Below are positions 42,559 through 53,568 of a stretch of DNA of 64,000 nt, in pieces. Source of the stretch: an uncultured Chloroflexia bacterium (GTDB lineage: Bacteria > Chloroflexota > Limnocylindria > Limnocylindrales > CSP1-4); contig CAVQJC010000017.1 of NCBI GenBank assembly GCA_963712745.1, forward strand, positions 1 through 64,000. Reading direction: 5' to 3'. The notes below the pieces were generated by a model. The model was not told the origin of the DNA and made no database searches. It worked only from the letters and a program-made list of their open reading frames with translations. Position numbers and translations under genes: made by a program. Numbering within the stretch: position 1 is the stretch's first letter; each line of letters begins with the position of its first letter.

Positions 42559-44574
42559 TCAGGCGTTCTTCGTGTTGGTGGACCGCAGGACCGCCACGCC
42601 TTGACGCCCCAAGGGCAGCACACCGACCACCTGCTTGCTGGTAAGAAGATCGACATAGGCCGCCCCTTCGAGGTCCACGGTCACAGCTTCGTCCCCGCAG
42701 TTGACGACGAAGACATACGTCAGGTCATCGCTCTTCCTCTCGAGCAGCTCCACTCCAGGTGGGATGCCCGGAGGCCCGCTGACGCCGGCCTGAGCCAGCG
42801 CCAAACCGAGCACATGCTTCATGGCCAGCCTATCCGGAAGTGTGCCGAGGTACCAGGCGTGCCCTTCGCCCTTGGCGCACCGCGTGACCGCGGGAACGCC
42901 GCCCAGCGGCAAATCCTCGAAACTCGCGACGACCTCAGCGCTGTCGATCTCGATAGCCTCGCGCCAGATGGTCGCGCGATGCCGCGTGCCGTCCGCGAAG
43001 GCGATCCCGACATCGCCGCGCGGAACCGGCCACCACTCCCGCACGGTGATCCCGAGGAGTTCCCGGAGCTGCGTCGGATGGCCGCCGTGGTCCCGCTCGT
43101 AGTTGGGCCGGACGATGCCGCTGAATGGACCGATCACGACGACCCCGCCACGCTCCACGTAATGCGTGAGGTTCAGCACGGACGCATCGCTCAACAGGAA
43201 CAGGTTCGGCACGATTGCGACGCGATAAGAGGACAGATCGTCCTCGGGATGGCGCATGTCGACACCGAGGCTCGCGGACCGAAGCGGGCGGTACATGGCC
43301 AGGGCCAAGTCCCGGAACCGCATCCTGTCGGTGGGATGACCCTCGAACTCCAATGCCCACCAGCTTTCCCAGTCGACCAACAGCGCGACGTCCGCCGGCG
43401 CGCAGCGCGTTCCGGCGACCTCAGCGAGCCCCTCCAGGTCGGTCCCGAGCCGTACCGTGGCCGCCCAGCCCGGGGCCATCTCGCCCCCGGGCGGGAGCAT
43501 GGAGCTGTGGAGCATCTCGGGGCCGCTTCGCGACCCCCGCCACTGGAAGAACATGATGCCGTCGGCACCGGCGCCGACGGCCTGCAGGCTGCGCCGACGT
43601 ACCACGGCCGGGTCCACGGGCGGGTTCAGAGGGCGCCAGTCGACCGCGCTCGGTGCCTGCTCCATGACCAGCCAGGGCCGCCCGCCTCCTAGCGACCGCA
43701 TCAGATCGTAGGTGAAGGCAGTCTCCATGTCCGCATCCGGATCGAGCGGGTCGGGGTAGATGTCGCAGGAGATGGCGTCCTGTGCTCGTGCAAACCGCCA
43801 GTGGTCGAGCCCTGCGTTCGGCCGCATGAAGTTCGTGGTTGTGGGGATCCCTGGCGAGAGTCGGTGGAGGATGTTCCGCTCGCGCTCGAAGCACTCGAGC
43901 AACGCATCGGACGAGAAGCGGCGGTAGTCCAGCTTCAGGGACGGTCGCAAGGGCCCCGGTGCGGCACGCGGCGGCATGACCTCTGCCCACTCGCTGTAGC
44001 GACCACTCCAGACGTCGGTGTTCCAGGCCTCGTTCAATGCCTCGACAGAGCCATAGTTGACCTCCAGCCACGAACGGAAGTGCTCCGCCGAGCGGTCACA
44101 GAAGCACTGTTCGACGTGGTCTCCGTACTCGTTGCCGACGTGCCACATGGCCAGAGCCGGGTGTGAGCCGTAGCGCTCGGCCATGCGAGTGACGAGCTCC
44201 GCTACGGCGGCGGCGAAGTCTGGCGAGCTGGGGCACACATGCTGTCGGCTGCCGATCGACAGTCGCGTCCCGCGCTCGTCGACGGGCAGCGACCCCGGGT
44301 AGCGCAGCGAGAACCAGGGCGGCGGCGTCGCGGTCGCGGTAGCCAGGTCCACCGCGATCTCGCTCGCATGGAGCAGATCGAGCACCCGGTCGAGCCAGCC
44401 GAAGTCCCACGTCTCCGGTTCGGGCTGAAGGCGTGACCAGGCGAATACGCCCACGCTGACCATCGTCACGCTGGCCTCTCGCATCAAGCGAACATCCTCC
44501 AGCCACACGTGCTCGGGCCATTGCTCCGGGTTGTAGTCGCCCCCGTAGAGGATGCCTGGGCGCCGAATGCTCAT
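42559..44574 (-). CDS. GH42 beta-galactosidase
   Basis: YGGDYNPEQWP, WHVGNEY, CFC, MEQAP, FFQWR. Confidence 0.9.
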   Translation of the reverse strand: MSIRRPGILYGGDYNPEQWPEHVWLEDVRLMREASVTMVSVGVFAWSRLQPEPETWDFGWLDRVLDLLHASEIAVDLATATATPPPWFSLRYPGSLPVDERGTRLSIGSRQHVCPSSPDFAAAVAELVTRMAERYGSHPALAMWHVGNEYGDHVEQCFCDRSAEHFRSWLEVNYGSVEALNEAWNTDVWSGRYSEWAEVMPPRAAPGPLRPSLKLDYRRFSSDALLECFERERNILHRLSPGIPTTTNFMRPNAGLDHWRFARAQDAISCDIYPDPLDPDADMETAFTYDLMRSLGGGRPWLVMEQAPSAVDWRPLNPPVDPAVVRRRSLQAVGAGADGIMFFQWRGSRSGPEMLHSSMLPPGGEMAPGWAATVRLGTDLEGLAEVAGTRCAPADVALLVDWESWWALEFEGHPTDRMRFRDLALAMYRPLRSASLGVDMRHPEDDLSSYRVAIVPNLFLLSDASVLNLTHYVERGGVVVIGPFSGIVRPNYERDHGGHPTQLRELLGITVREWWPVPRGDVGIAFADGTRHRATIWREAIEIDSAEVVASFEDLPLGGVPAVTRCAKGEGHAWYLGTLPDRLAMKHVLGLALAQAGVSGPPGIPPGVELLERKSDDLTYVFVVNCGDEAVTVDLEGAAYVDLLTSKQVVGVLPLGRQGVAVLRSTNTKNA

Positions 44575-44744
44575 CGGTCACGAACCTTTCGACTTCGCAT
44601 GTTCATAGCCGGAATCTTCCGATATCGTAGCCAAGCTGGGCTCACGGCCTTATGATAGGTTTCCAAGTCCTAACACTAGCGCAAGACATGAGAGCCACGG
44701 CGCCGTCGCCGCCACCGAGCCAGACCGCAGAGCGAGGACATCGT

Positions 44745-46148
44745 ATGGACCAAGGATCCACGCCGCCCAGGACGCACCCGTACATCCCCAATTCTGAACC
44801 TCGGCAGAAGGCCTCCATGCTCGAGGCCGTGAGCGCGAGGTCGGTGGACGAGCTCTACGGGGAGATCCCAGCGCGCTTGCGGCTTGAGCGGCCGCTCGAC
44901 CTGCCAGCTCCATACAGGAGCGAAGCGGAGCTCGTCCGGCACGTGGGCGGACTGATCGACCGGAACCGCTCCACGCGCGAGGCCATCAGCTTCCTTGGCG
45001 CTGGCTGCTATGACCATCACGTGCCTGCGGTATGTGACGAAGTCGCCGGCCGGGCCGAGTTCCTCACGGCCTACGCCGGTGAGCCGTACGAGGACCATGG
45101 CCGTTTCCAGGCGCTGTTCGAGTACGCGTCCATGATGGGCGAGCTGTTGGAGATGGACGTCGTCAACGTGCCTGTATACGACGGCTACCAGGCGGCCGCG
45201 ACCGCGCTGCGCATGGCCGCGCGCGCGACTGGCCGGGACCACCTGGTCATCGCCAGCTCCATCAGTCCCGAGGAGCTCTCGAAGATCAGGGACTATGTTC
45301 GTCCCGACCTCGAGTTGGATGCCCTCGCCGTGGACGGTGCGACCGGCGAGGTGGACATTGCGGCCCTCGAGCGGATCATCAGCGACCGCACCGCGGCCGT
45401 GCTCATCAAACAGCCCTCCTATCTCGGCATCGTGGAGACACGCGGACGGGCGGTCGTGGAGCTCGCTCACGAGCGGGGAGCCATGGTCGTGGCCTCGGTC
45501 GACCCGTCCACACTCGGCGTCCTGGCCACGCCGGCCGCGACCGGTGTCGACATCGCCTGCGGGGACATCCAGCCGCTCGGCATACATCAGCACTTCGGGG
45601 GCGGCCATGCCGGCTTCATCGCCTCGGCGGATGACCCGCACATCGTGGAGCAGTACCCCTCGCGTCTGTTCGGCGTGGCACCGACGTCCGTGGAGGGCGA
45701 ATACGGCTTCGGCGACGTGGCCTACGAGCGCACCTCCTTCGCGGTACGGGAGGAGGGCAACGAGTGGGTCGGCACTGCCGCCGCGCTGTGGGGCATCACC
45801 GCTGGCGTCTATCTGGCGCTCATGGGCCCACAAGGTATGACCGAGCTGGGTGAACGCATGATGGCACGGACCCGCTATGCCATGGAGCGTCTGGCAGAGC
45901 TGCCAGGAGTGTCCGTCCCGTTCGCGGCCAGCCACCACATCAAGGAGTTCGTGGTCGACTTCGAGGGTACTGGTCACACCGTGGCCGACATCAACGCCAG
46001 CCTGCTGCGCCTCGGCATCTTCGGTGGCAGGGATCTGTCGACCGAAGCGGGCCAGTCCGGACAGCGCGCCCTCTACGCCGTGACCGAGATACGCAGCCAG
46101 TCAGACATCGACAGACTCGTCGAAGCCGTCGGGGAGGCCATCCGATGA
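44745..46148 (+). CDS. gcvPA: Glycine-decarboxylase P-protein subunit 1-like (divergent)
   Basis: HPYIPNS, FLGAGCYDH, QALFEY, QPLG..FGG, YAVTE. Confidence 0.8.
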   Translation: MDQGSTPPRTHPYIPNSEPRQKASMLEAVSARSVDELYGEIPARLRLERPLDLPAPYRSEAELVRHVGGLIDRNRSTREAISFLGAGCYDHHVPAVCDEVAGRAEFLTAYAGEPYEDHGRFQALFEYASMMGELLEMDVVNVPVYDGYQAAATALRMAARATGRDHLVIASSISPEELSKIRDYVRPDLELDALAVDGATGEVDIAALERIISDRTAAVLIKQPSYLGIVETRGRAVVELAHERGAMVVASVDPSTLGVLATPAATGVDIACGDIQPLGIHQHFGGGHAGFIASADDPHIVEQYPSRLFGVAPTSVEGEYGFGDVAYERTSFAVREEGNEWVGTAAALWGITAGVYLALMGPQGMTELGERMMARTRYAMERLAELPGVSVPFAASHHIKEFVVDFEGTGHTVADINASLLRLGIFGGRDLSTEAGQSGQRALYAVTEIRSQSDIDRLVEAVGEAIR

Positions 46149-47764
46149 CCACCGGGCAAGCCTCCTCGGCTATCGCCGCCAAGCCCATGCCTCGTCGCTT
46201 CCACCAGGCCAGCTGGGATGAACCCATCATCTTCGAGCTCTCGACGCCCGGTGCGCGTGGCGTCCTCCTACCAGAGTTGGAGGCAGGCATCGTCGAGCGC
46301 GTGGGTGACCCCGCTGCGGCCCTGCCGGCAGGTGTTCGCCGCGAGCGGCCGCCGGCCCTGCCCGAGCTGGCGCAGATCCACGTCGTCCGTCACTACGCGA
46401 GGTTGTCCCAGGAGACACTGGGAGTCGACCTCAACATCGACATCGGACAGGGCACGTGCACGATGAAGTACTCGCCCAAGGTCAACGACCAGCTCGTCCG
46501 GAGCCATCGCATCGCCGACGTGCATCCGCTTCAGGACGAGTCCACCGTGCAAGGGGCCCTAGGGATCATGTGGCACACCGAGCAGTTCCTGCGCGAGATC
46601 TCTGGCATGGACCGGGTCACCCTGCATCCGGGCGCGGGCAGTGCTGCCATCTGGACCAACGTGGCCATGATCCGCGCCTACCACGAGGCTCGCGGGGACG
46701 GGGCTCGCCGGGACGAGATCATCACGACCGCCTTCAGCCACCCCTCCAATGCCGCCTGTGCCAAGACGGCGGGGTACACGGTCATCACGCTCCAGCCGGA
46801 CCCGGTCACCGGGCGACCGACGCTCGAAGCGCTGCAGGCCGCGGTCTCGGAACGGACGGCGGCCTTGCTAATCACCAACCCCGAGGACACAGGCATCTTC
46901 AACCCCGACATCGACCGCTTCGTCGAGGTCGTCCATGCGGCCGGTGGCTTGAGTGCCTACGACCAGGCCAACGCCAATGGCATCCTGGGCATCACGCGTG
47001 CGCGCGATGCGGGCTTCGACCTCTGCCACTTCAACCTGCACAAGACGTTCTCGACGCCGCACGCGTGCGGCGGTCCGGCCGCGGGTGCATGCGGAGTGAC
47101 CATGGAGCTGGCGCCTTTCCTGCCCTCGCCGACCGTGGAGCGCGCGGGCGACCGCTTCTACCTGGATCGAGACCGGCCTCACAGCATCGGCTCCGTCCGT
47201 CCGTGGTACGGGGTCACGCCAAACATCGTGCGTGCCTATGCCTGGATCATGAACCTTGGTGCGGACGGCCTTCGAGAGGTCGCCGAGATCGCAGTCCTCA
47301 ACAACAACTATCTCCTGCAGCGAGTCCTCGCCATCAAGGGCGTCACAGCCCCCTACTCGCAGGGCAAGCGTCGCATCGAGCAGGTCCGCTACAGCTGGCA
47401 GGAGCTCGCCGAGGAGACCGATGTCCATTCGGAGGAGATGGCCGTCCGGATGGCTGACTTCGGCACCCACTACTGGACCAGCCACCACCCCTTCGTGGTG
47501 CCAGAGCCGATGACGCTGGAGCCCACCGAGGCATACTCACGAGCTGATCTCGATGAGTACGCTGCGATGTTGGGCGCCGTCGCGGGGGAGGCATACGAGA
47601 CACCGGAGGTCATCCATTCCGCGCCGCATCGTAGTACCGTCCATCAGGTCGAGCCGAGCTGGTTTGACGACCCTGCGCGATGGGCTGTGACGTGGCGAGC
47701 CTACAAGCGCAAGCACCTGAGAGCGATGCCGGCGCGCGTCGGTGCAGCGGGCCGCGATGGCTGA
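46145..47764 (+). CDS. gcvPB: Glycine-decarboxylase P-protein subunit 2-like (divergent), PLP lysine retained
   Basis: RHYARLSQ, CTMKYSP, ITNP, HFNLHKTFSTPH, LEPTE. Confidence 0.85.
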   Translation: MTTGQASSAIAAKPMPRRFHQASWDEPIIFELSTPGARGVLLPELEAGIVERVGDPAAALPAGVRRERPPALPELAQIHVVRHYARLSQETLGVDLNIDIGQGTCTMKYSPKVNDQLVRSHRIADVHPLQDESTVQGALGIMWHTEQFLREISGMDRVTLHPGAGSAAIWTNVAMIRAYHEARGDGARRDEIITTAFSHPSNAACAKTAGYTVITLQPDPVTGRPTLEALQAAVSERTAALLITNPEDTGIFNPDIDRFVEVVHAAGGLSAYDQANANGILGITRARDAGFDLCHFNLHKTFSTPHACGGPAAGACGVTMELAPFLPSPTVERAGDRFYLDRDRPHSIGSVRPWYGVTPNIVRAYAWIMNLGADGLREVAEIAVLNNNYLLQRVLAIKGVTAPYSQGKRRIEQVRYSWQELAEETDVHSEEMAVRMADFGTHYWTSHHPFVVPEPMTLEPTEAYSRADLDEYAAMLGAVAGEAYETPEVIHSAPHRSTVHQVEPSWFDDPARWAVTWRAYKRKHLRAMPARVGAAGRDG

Positions 47765-48920
47765 TGCTGTCGACCCCGCAGCTGAGGCCACGCTTGGGCT
47801 CCTGGTGAACCCCATCGCCGGCATGGGCGGCCGAGTCGGCCTGAAGGGCACTGACGGAGCGGCCGTGCTGGCCCAGGCGCGCGCACTCGGGGCCAAGCCC
47901 CTGGCCGGCGAGCGCGCGAGGTCCGCGCTGCAGGAGTTCTTGCGGACCTGGCCGACACACCGTCCACGGCCGCGCCTGGTCACCGCCGAGGGCCCGATGG
48001 GCCAGGCTGTCGCCGATGCCGCCGGGTTCCCCGCCGAGACCATCGGGGCCGTGACCACACCGACCAGCGCCGATGACACTCGCCGGGCCGCAGCGGCGCT
48101 GCGTGAGGCGGGGGCGGAGTTGCTGCTCTTCGCCGGAGGGGACGGCACGGCTCGCGACGTCAGCAGCGTGATCGACCGTGAGTTGCCGGCCCTCGGCATC
48201 CCGGCCGGCGTCAAGATCCAATCCGCTGCCTTCGCGGCGAGCCCTCGCGCGGGAGGCGCGCTGGCTGCCGCCTTCCTGGCCGGTCGCGAGCGGCAGACCG
48301 AGGACCGGGAGGTCGTCGATCTGGACGAGGCTGCCTACCGCGAGGGCCACATCCGACCGCGACTCCACGGCTACTTGCAGGTGCCTCGGGGACCAGCGGT
48401 CCAGTCGCGCAAGTCGCCGACACCCGCCTCGGAGCGCGAGGCCATGAACGGCATCGCCGGGGCTCTCCTCGAGTCGTACCGTGATGGCCATCGACTCGTC
48501 CTCGGTCCGGGGACCACCACACGCGCGGTGGCTGACCTGCTGGGCCTGCCGAAGACGCTGGTCGGGGTCGACGTGGTCGCTCGGACCGGTGACCGGGGAA
48601 AGCTTCTGGTCGCTGATGCGACCGAGACCGATCTGTTGCGGATCGCCAGGGAGGGGCCGGTCACCATCGTACTCACGCCCATCGGGGGGCAGGGTTTCCT
48701 GCTCGGTCGTGGCAATCAGCAGATCAGCCCTGCGGTCATCCACACCGCAGGCATCGACGCGATCACGATCGTGGCCACGCCCTCCAAGCTGGCCGCCCTA
48801 GCCGGCCGACCGCTTCTCGTCGACACGGGTGACGAGGAGCTTGATGCGCAGCTCAGCGGCCACGCGAGGGTGTTCAGTGGCCGCTACGACCGCGCCATCG
48901 TCGAAGTCGCGGCCGCATGA
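47757..48920 (+). CDS. ATP-NAD/AcoX kinase family protein
   Basis: VNPIAGMGGRVGLKGTDG, GGDGTARD, GIPAGVK, GQGFLLGRGNQQ. Confidence 0.85.
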   Translation: MADAVDPAAEATLGLLVNPIAGMGGRVGLKGTDGAAVLAQARALGAKPLAGERARSALQEFLRTWPTHRPRPRLVTAEGPMGQAVADAAGFPAETIGAVTTPTSADDTRRAAAALREAGAELLLFAGGDGTARDVSSVIDRELPALGIPAGVKIQSAAFAASPRAGGALAAAFLAGRERQTEDREVVDLDEAAYREGHIRPRLHGYLQVPRGPAVQSRKSPTPASEREAMNGIAGALLESYRDGHRLVLGPGTTTRAVADLLGLPKTLVGVDVVARTGDRGKLLVADATETDLLRIAREGPVTIVLTPIGGQGFLLGRGNQQISPAVIHTAGIDAITIVATPSKLAALAGRPLLVDTGDEELDAQLSGHARVFSGRYDRAIVEVAAA

Positions 48921-48972
48921 ACCCGCTCGACCACGATCGATCGACGTTGACCCCTACGGACAGGAGGACGAG

Positions 48973-49734
48973 ATGACAGCGATGGCAGGCAAACGAGCAC
49001 TGGTGACCGGAGCCGGCTCGGGCATGGGTCGGGCGACGTCGGAGTTGCTGGCCTCGGAAGGGGCGAGCGTCGTGCTCGCGGACATCGACATCGAGGCTGC
49101 TTCCGAGGTCGCCGATGCCATCGCCGCTGCGGGAGGCCGCGCCGTGGCCGTGGTCTGCGACGTGTCCTCCAGTCCGGAGGTGAGGCAGGCCGTGGAAAAG
49201 GCTGTGCACGAGTTCGGGGGCCTCGATGTCGTGGTCAATTGCGCCGGCATCATCCGTCGCGCCAACGTGGTCGAGACCACCGAGGAGGAGTGGGACCGGG
49301 TGATGGCAGTGAACGTCGGCTCGGTCTTCCTGCTGGGCAAGCACGCAGTCCCGGTGATGGCGGCGGGCGGCGGCGGCTCCATCATCAACATCAGCTCGGG
49401 CTGGGGCCTCAAGGGTGGCCCCGATGCTTCCAGCTACTGTGCGTCCAAGGGAGCGGTCGTCAACCTCACACGTGCCATGGCCATCGACCACGGCCCGCAG
49501 AACATCCGCGTCAACTGCATCTGCCCCGGCGACACCGACACCCCGATGCTGCGATCGGAGGCTCGCCAGCTCGGGCTTGACGAGGAGGCCTTCCTGGAGG
49601 ACTCGGCGGACCGGCCCATCAAGCGGCTGGGCACGGGACTGGATATCGCTCGTGCGGTCCGCTTCTTCGCCTCCGACGAGTCCACCTGGGTGACCGGCTC
49701 GACGCTCGTCGTCGACGGTGGCGGGCTAGCCTAG
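48973..49734 (+). CDS. Short-chain dehydrogenase/reductase
   Basis: TGAGSGMG, YCASK, IRVNCICPG. Confidence 0.9.
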   Translation: MTAMAGKRALVTGAGSGMGRATSELLASEGASVVLADIDIEAASEVADAIAAAGGRAVAVVCDVSSSPEVRQAVEKAVHEFGGLDVVVNCAGIIRRANVVETTEEEWDRVMAVNVGSVFLLGKHAVPVMAAGGGGSIINISSGWGLKGGPDASSYCASKGAVVNLTRAMAIDHGPQNIRVNCICPGDTDTPMLRSEARQLGLDEEAFLEDSADRPIKRLGTGLDIARAVRFFASDESTWVTGSTLVVDGGGLA

Positions 49735-49738
49735 GGCC

Positions 49739-50551
49739 ATGACCGAACGCAATGGGGACAGCATCGGCGGCGGCCTCTCCACGCGGGCTCGACGTGAGCG
49801 CGTGGCGGAGGCCATCCGGCGTTCCAAGTACACCTCGGTCACCGACCTTGCCGCGGCGTTCGACGTCTCAGAGGTCACCATCCGCAACGACCTCGACCGG
49901 CTCGAGGAGGCCGGCCAGGTGCGCCGAGTGCGCGGCGGAGCCGTCCACCAGGTGGCCGGCACCCTCGAGGTCAGCTTCGAGCAGGACGCCGACACGATGG
50001 CCGGCGAGAAGGCGGCGATCGGCGAGCGAGCCGCCAGCCTGGTCGCCAGCGGGGAGACCGTCATGCTCGACATCGGCTCCACCGTGGCGGCGGTCGCCCG
50101 TGCCATCGCCCGTCGCACCGATCTGGCCGATGTCACGGTCATCACCAACGGCATCCGTGTGGCGCTCGAACTCGAAGCGGCAGAAGGGGGTGTCTCGGTG
50201 CTCGTCACGGGCGGCACCTTGCGAAGCCTGCAGCACTCCCTGGTGAACCCCTTCGGCACGGTCCTGCTCGAACAGTTGCACGCGCACACGGCCATCGTCA
50301 GCTGCAACGGCATCGATGCACGCGCGGGTGTCACCAACACCAACGTCGGCGAGGCCGAGGTGAAACGTCTCATGCTCAAGGCCGGCAGGCAGCGGGTCGT
50401 CGTGGCCGACGGTTCCAAGGTCGGTCAGGTGAGCTTGGTCCACGTCAGCCCGACCGACGACGTCGACATCGTGATCACCGACAGCTCGGCCGACCCCGCG
50501 GCCGTGGCGGCACTGCGTGAGCGCGGAGTCGACGTCCAGATCGTCGAGTGA
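49739..50551 (+). CDS. DeoR/GlpR family regulator
   Basis: VSEVTIRNDLDRL, RVRGGA, DIGST, ADGSKVG. Confidence 0.92.
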   Translation: MTERNGDSIGGGLSTRARRERVAEAIRRSKYTSVTDLAAAFDVSEVTIRNDLDRLEEAGQVRRVRGGAVHQVAGTLEVSFEQDADTMAGEKAAIGERAASLVASGETVMLDIGSTVAAVARAIARRTDLADVTVITNGIRVALELEAAEGGVSVLVTGGTLRSLQHSLVNPFGTVLLEQLHAHTAIVSCNGIDARAGVTNTNVGEAEVKRLMLKAGRQRVVVADGSKVGQVSLVHVSPTDDVDIVITDSSADPAAVAALRERGVDVQIVE

Positions 50552-50567
50552 TCCTCCCGGCCTGACG

Positions 50568-52409
50568 ATGCACCCTCGGCTCGCGGCCCTCGCTGATCTC
50601 GCAGACCTGCGTGGCATCCCGTTGTCGGAGCCGGGTGGGAGGTTGCTGCTTCGACTTGACGCCGATGGTCTTGGTCTCCAGGTTTCCTCGGCCGTCTACG
50701 AGCGATCCGCCGATGCGTGTGGACCCATCCGGAACATCCGCTTCCTCGATGTTTCCGGCGAAGCCCTGCCCATCCGCTTCCGATCCTGGCCCCACCGAGT
50801 CGACCTCGACATCACCGGTCGCACCGTTGCGGTCGCGTTCATGGAGCCGGACCTGCTCATGCTGCGACTATCCCGCGGTCGCTGGCGCCTCGAGCTGACG
50901 CTGGCGCTCGATCGCGGCCAGCACATCGCCAGCGTGGAGGTCGGGGAGGGCGGGATGTACGTGCGTGTCGATGAGGCCGACGGATCTCCCGGATACGCGT
51001 GGGCGACGAATGCCCGGATCGCTGACCACTCGTTTGACGATGATCCGGCCCACGATCCGATCGCTAGCGTGGAGCTCGATGCCGACTCAGAAGCCGCACT
51101 ATTCGTGGGCCGCGGGGACGCAGCCGAGCGAACTCGGCAGCCTTGCCGACCCGACCAGGTGCTTGACGCCGCAGCTAGCCGTTGGGCACGTCTGCTCGAT
51201 CGCGTGCCCTCGGTCGGGGCAGGCGAGTCTGAGCCGTTGCTTCGTGCAGCCTGGACGCTGGCCACCAACACGGTCCTACTCGCGCTGGATGAGCTCGCAT
51301 CTCCGGCGGTGGTGCCATCGAAGATGGGCTATGTAGCTCTGTGGCAATGGGATGCCTACTTCCACGCCATCGGGCTTCGTCACCTCGACCCGGGCATGGC
51401 GCGAGAACAGCTGCGTCTGGCGCTTCGCTGGCAGACGACCGACGGCATGCTCCCTGACCTCGTCCACGATGAAGGCGTGGTCGCGATGAGTGACGACATG
51501 GACGCCGCCGACCGGCAGCGCAGCCTCCTCCACATCGGACGCAAGTCGACCTCGGAGCAACAGGGATTCCTATCTGCGCCACTGACCAAGCCGCCACTGA
51601 CAGCGTGGGCTGCCTGGAAGCTATTCGAGATCGATCAGGGCAGCTCCTTTTTGGCGGAGGTGTACCCGCCCATCGTCCGCTCACACCGCTGGTGGTTCGA
51701 GCGTAGTCGGCCGCCGGGCTTCGACCTGCCGATCTACCTGCACCCATATTCATCAGGCATCGATGACAGCCCACTGTGGGACCTGGGCATGCCCGTGGAG
51801 ACACCGGACCTACCCTCGTATCTCGCGCTGCAGGCCGACCATCTGGCCATGATGGCGGCCGCGCTCGGCGACGACGCCGCGGCGTCAAGCTGGCGCTCGG
51901 AGGCGGCACGGACAGCGGACGCCCTCGTCGCCCGCCACTGGGACCCGGCGAGCGGTTCATTCCTTTCGTTCCATGACGGAGTGCCACTTCGAAGCGATAC
52001 CGCGGTCGGGCTGCTGCCCCTGGTCACGGGTCGCCTGCCCCACGACATAAGCGCACGCCTGGTAGAGACCCTCCTCGACCGGGAGCGGTTCTGGACGACC
52101 TACCCGGTGCCCTCGGTCGCGCTGCGTGACCCAGACTTCGACCCCACGCGGATGTGGCGCGGGCCATCGTGGCTCTTCGTCGACTACTTGCTCATCAATG
52201 GGCTGCGCCGCTCAGGATTCGGTGAGGCCGCGACCGTGCTTGCCGAGCGTACGACCCGGATGGTGGAGCAGGGCACCGGCATGCCCGAGTTCTACCATCC
52301 AGTCACTGGCGCAAGGCCAGAGATGGCTACCGCCACGTTCTCAGGGACGGCAGCGCTGTACCTTGACCTCGTCCTCGGCGCAGCCGCGTACGACTCGGCC
52401 GCTAACTAG
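50568..52409 (+). CDS. GH63/MGH1-like (alpha/alpha)6 glycoside hydrolase
   Basis: WQWDAYF, TKPPL, SGIDDSP, MWRGPSW, EFYHP. Confidence 0.8.
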   Translation: MHPRLAALADLADLRGIPLSEPGGRLLLRLDADGLGLQVSSAVYERSADACGPIRNIRFLDVSGEALPIRFRSWPHRVDLDITGRTVAVAFMEPDLLMLRLSRGRWRLELTLALDRGQHIASVEVGEGGMYVRVDEADGSPGYAWATNARIADHSFDDDPAHDPIASVELDADSEAALFVGRGDAAERTRQPCRPDQVLDAAASRWARLLDRVPSVGAGESEPLLRAAWTLATNTVLLALDELASPAVVPSKMGYVALWQWDAYFHAIGLRHLDPGMAREQLRLALRWQTTDGMLPDLVHDEGVVAMSDDMDAADRQRSLLHIGRKSTSEQQGFLSAPLTKPPLTAWAAWKLFEIDQGSSFLAEVYPPIVRSHRWWFERSRPPGFDLPIYLHPYSSGIDDSPLWDLGMPVETPDLPSYLALQADHLAMMAAALGDDAAASSWRSEAARTADALVARHWDPASGSFLSFHDGVPLRSDTAVGLLPLVTGRLPHDISARLVETLLDRERFWTTYPVPSVALRDPDFDPTRMWRGPSWLFVDYLLINGLRRSGFGEAATVLAERTTRMVEQGTGMPEFYHPVTGARPEMATATFSGTAALYLDLVLGAAAYDSAAN

Positions 52410-52498
52410 CGGCCACCCAGGCAGGATCGGGCCATGCTGATCACGATCGAGGGCTGTCCCAGCACGAAGACGATGAGCATGGGCACGCAGCTCACGGC
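52406..52498 (-). pseudogene. Orphan 3' end of a homologous ABC permease gene
   Basis: AVSCVPMLIVFVLGQPSIVISMARSCLGGR* aligns without gaps to 53569-53661 (AVSVVPMLIVFVLGQRWIVNSMAQSGLGGR*). Confidence 0.8.
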
Positions 52499-53552
52499 GC
52501 GATTACCGGACCATCCCGTCCGCCCTCATGGCGTCGTAATCCAGCGATCCGAGGCATCCGGGTAGGCTCGCGCTCCATGTCTGCCTGCACGAACCTGTGC
52601 ATCAGGGTTACTTTGAGATCTTGGGACGCTGGATCATCCCAGAGGTTTTGGTTCTCACCGGGGTCACGTTCCAGGTCAAAGAGCTCGCCGAACGGGCGCC
52701 CGCGCCAGATCGTGATCTTGTAGCGGTCGTCGATGTACGTCCGGACGTGCACCGCGGTGGGCTGATGGCGGTTCTCTACGATGACGTGGTCTCGGGCCTT
52801 CCCAGTCGACCCGCGCCAGCAGTCGAGCTGGCTACCCCCTGCATCAACCCGGGTATGTCGATACGGCAGGCCTCCAGGAACGTGGGGCTGGGATCCACCT
52901 GCTCTGGAGAGCTGAGATGGCTGGCGCCCGGTGAGATAGTCGCAGGTACGCAGCCCCAGCCAGCGGGAGTAGTGAAACTCCTCGGGCAGCGTCCAGCTGT
53001 GCTCGCGTGGCGGGACGCTGGGATCCTCGGGCCAGCCTTCGAAGTAGTCGCGCCAATCCGGGAGACCGTTCTCCTCCATCCAGATCGCGTAGTGCTGACC
53101 GACATGGGACTCGTCCGCCTGGTTTCGGAGGACCTCGACATGCTCGAACCCGTACCATGGCCCTTGGAATCCGCGCCCGAAATCGAGATCCCGCAAGGTC
53201 GGCTGGGCCTCCAGGGATTCGGAGCCCTCCGCCGACGCTAGTGGCTGGAAGTGGGCCTTGCCGAGCAGCGCCGTGCGATATCCATCGGCCCGAAGGATCT
53301 CTCCGACGGTGGGCCCGTCTTCGGGAAGCTTGACCCCATGGTCCAGCAATGGTGCGACGACGCGTCGAGTCCGGTGATCATGCTGGCACGCGCGGGCGAG
53401 CACATCGGGTTCGCGCAGTACCCACGCTCCAGTAGCACGCCTTCGTTCGCCAACCGATCCAGCGCTGGTGTCCGTATCCGTGGATTGTCCAGTCCGATGG
53501 TGTCGTAGTGCTGGTGGTCGCTGGTGATGAGCAGCAGGCTAGGCCGTACCAC
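52492..53552 (-). pseudogene. Sulfatase pseudogene (frameshifts and internal deletion)
   Basis: TPALDRLA, CSPARASMITG, GKAH, ELFDLERDPGE; central region missing. Confidence 0.8.
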
Positions 53553-53568
53553 ACCGGCTCTCCTCTCA

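Noticed and set aside
44745-47764. Ordinary glycine cleavage operon
   Set aside because: No gcvT/gcvH/lpd nearby, altered substrate motifs and a sugar-catabolic context; gene symbols are given for family only
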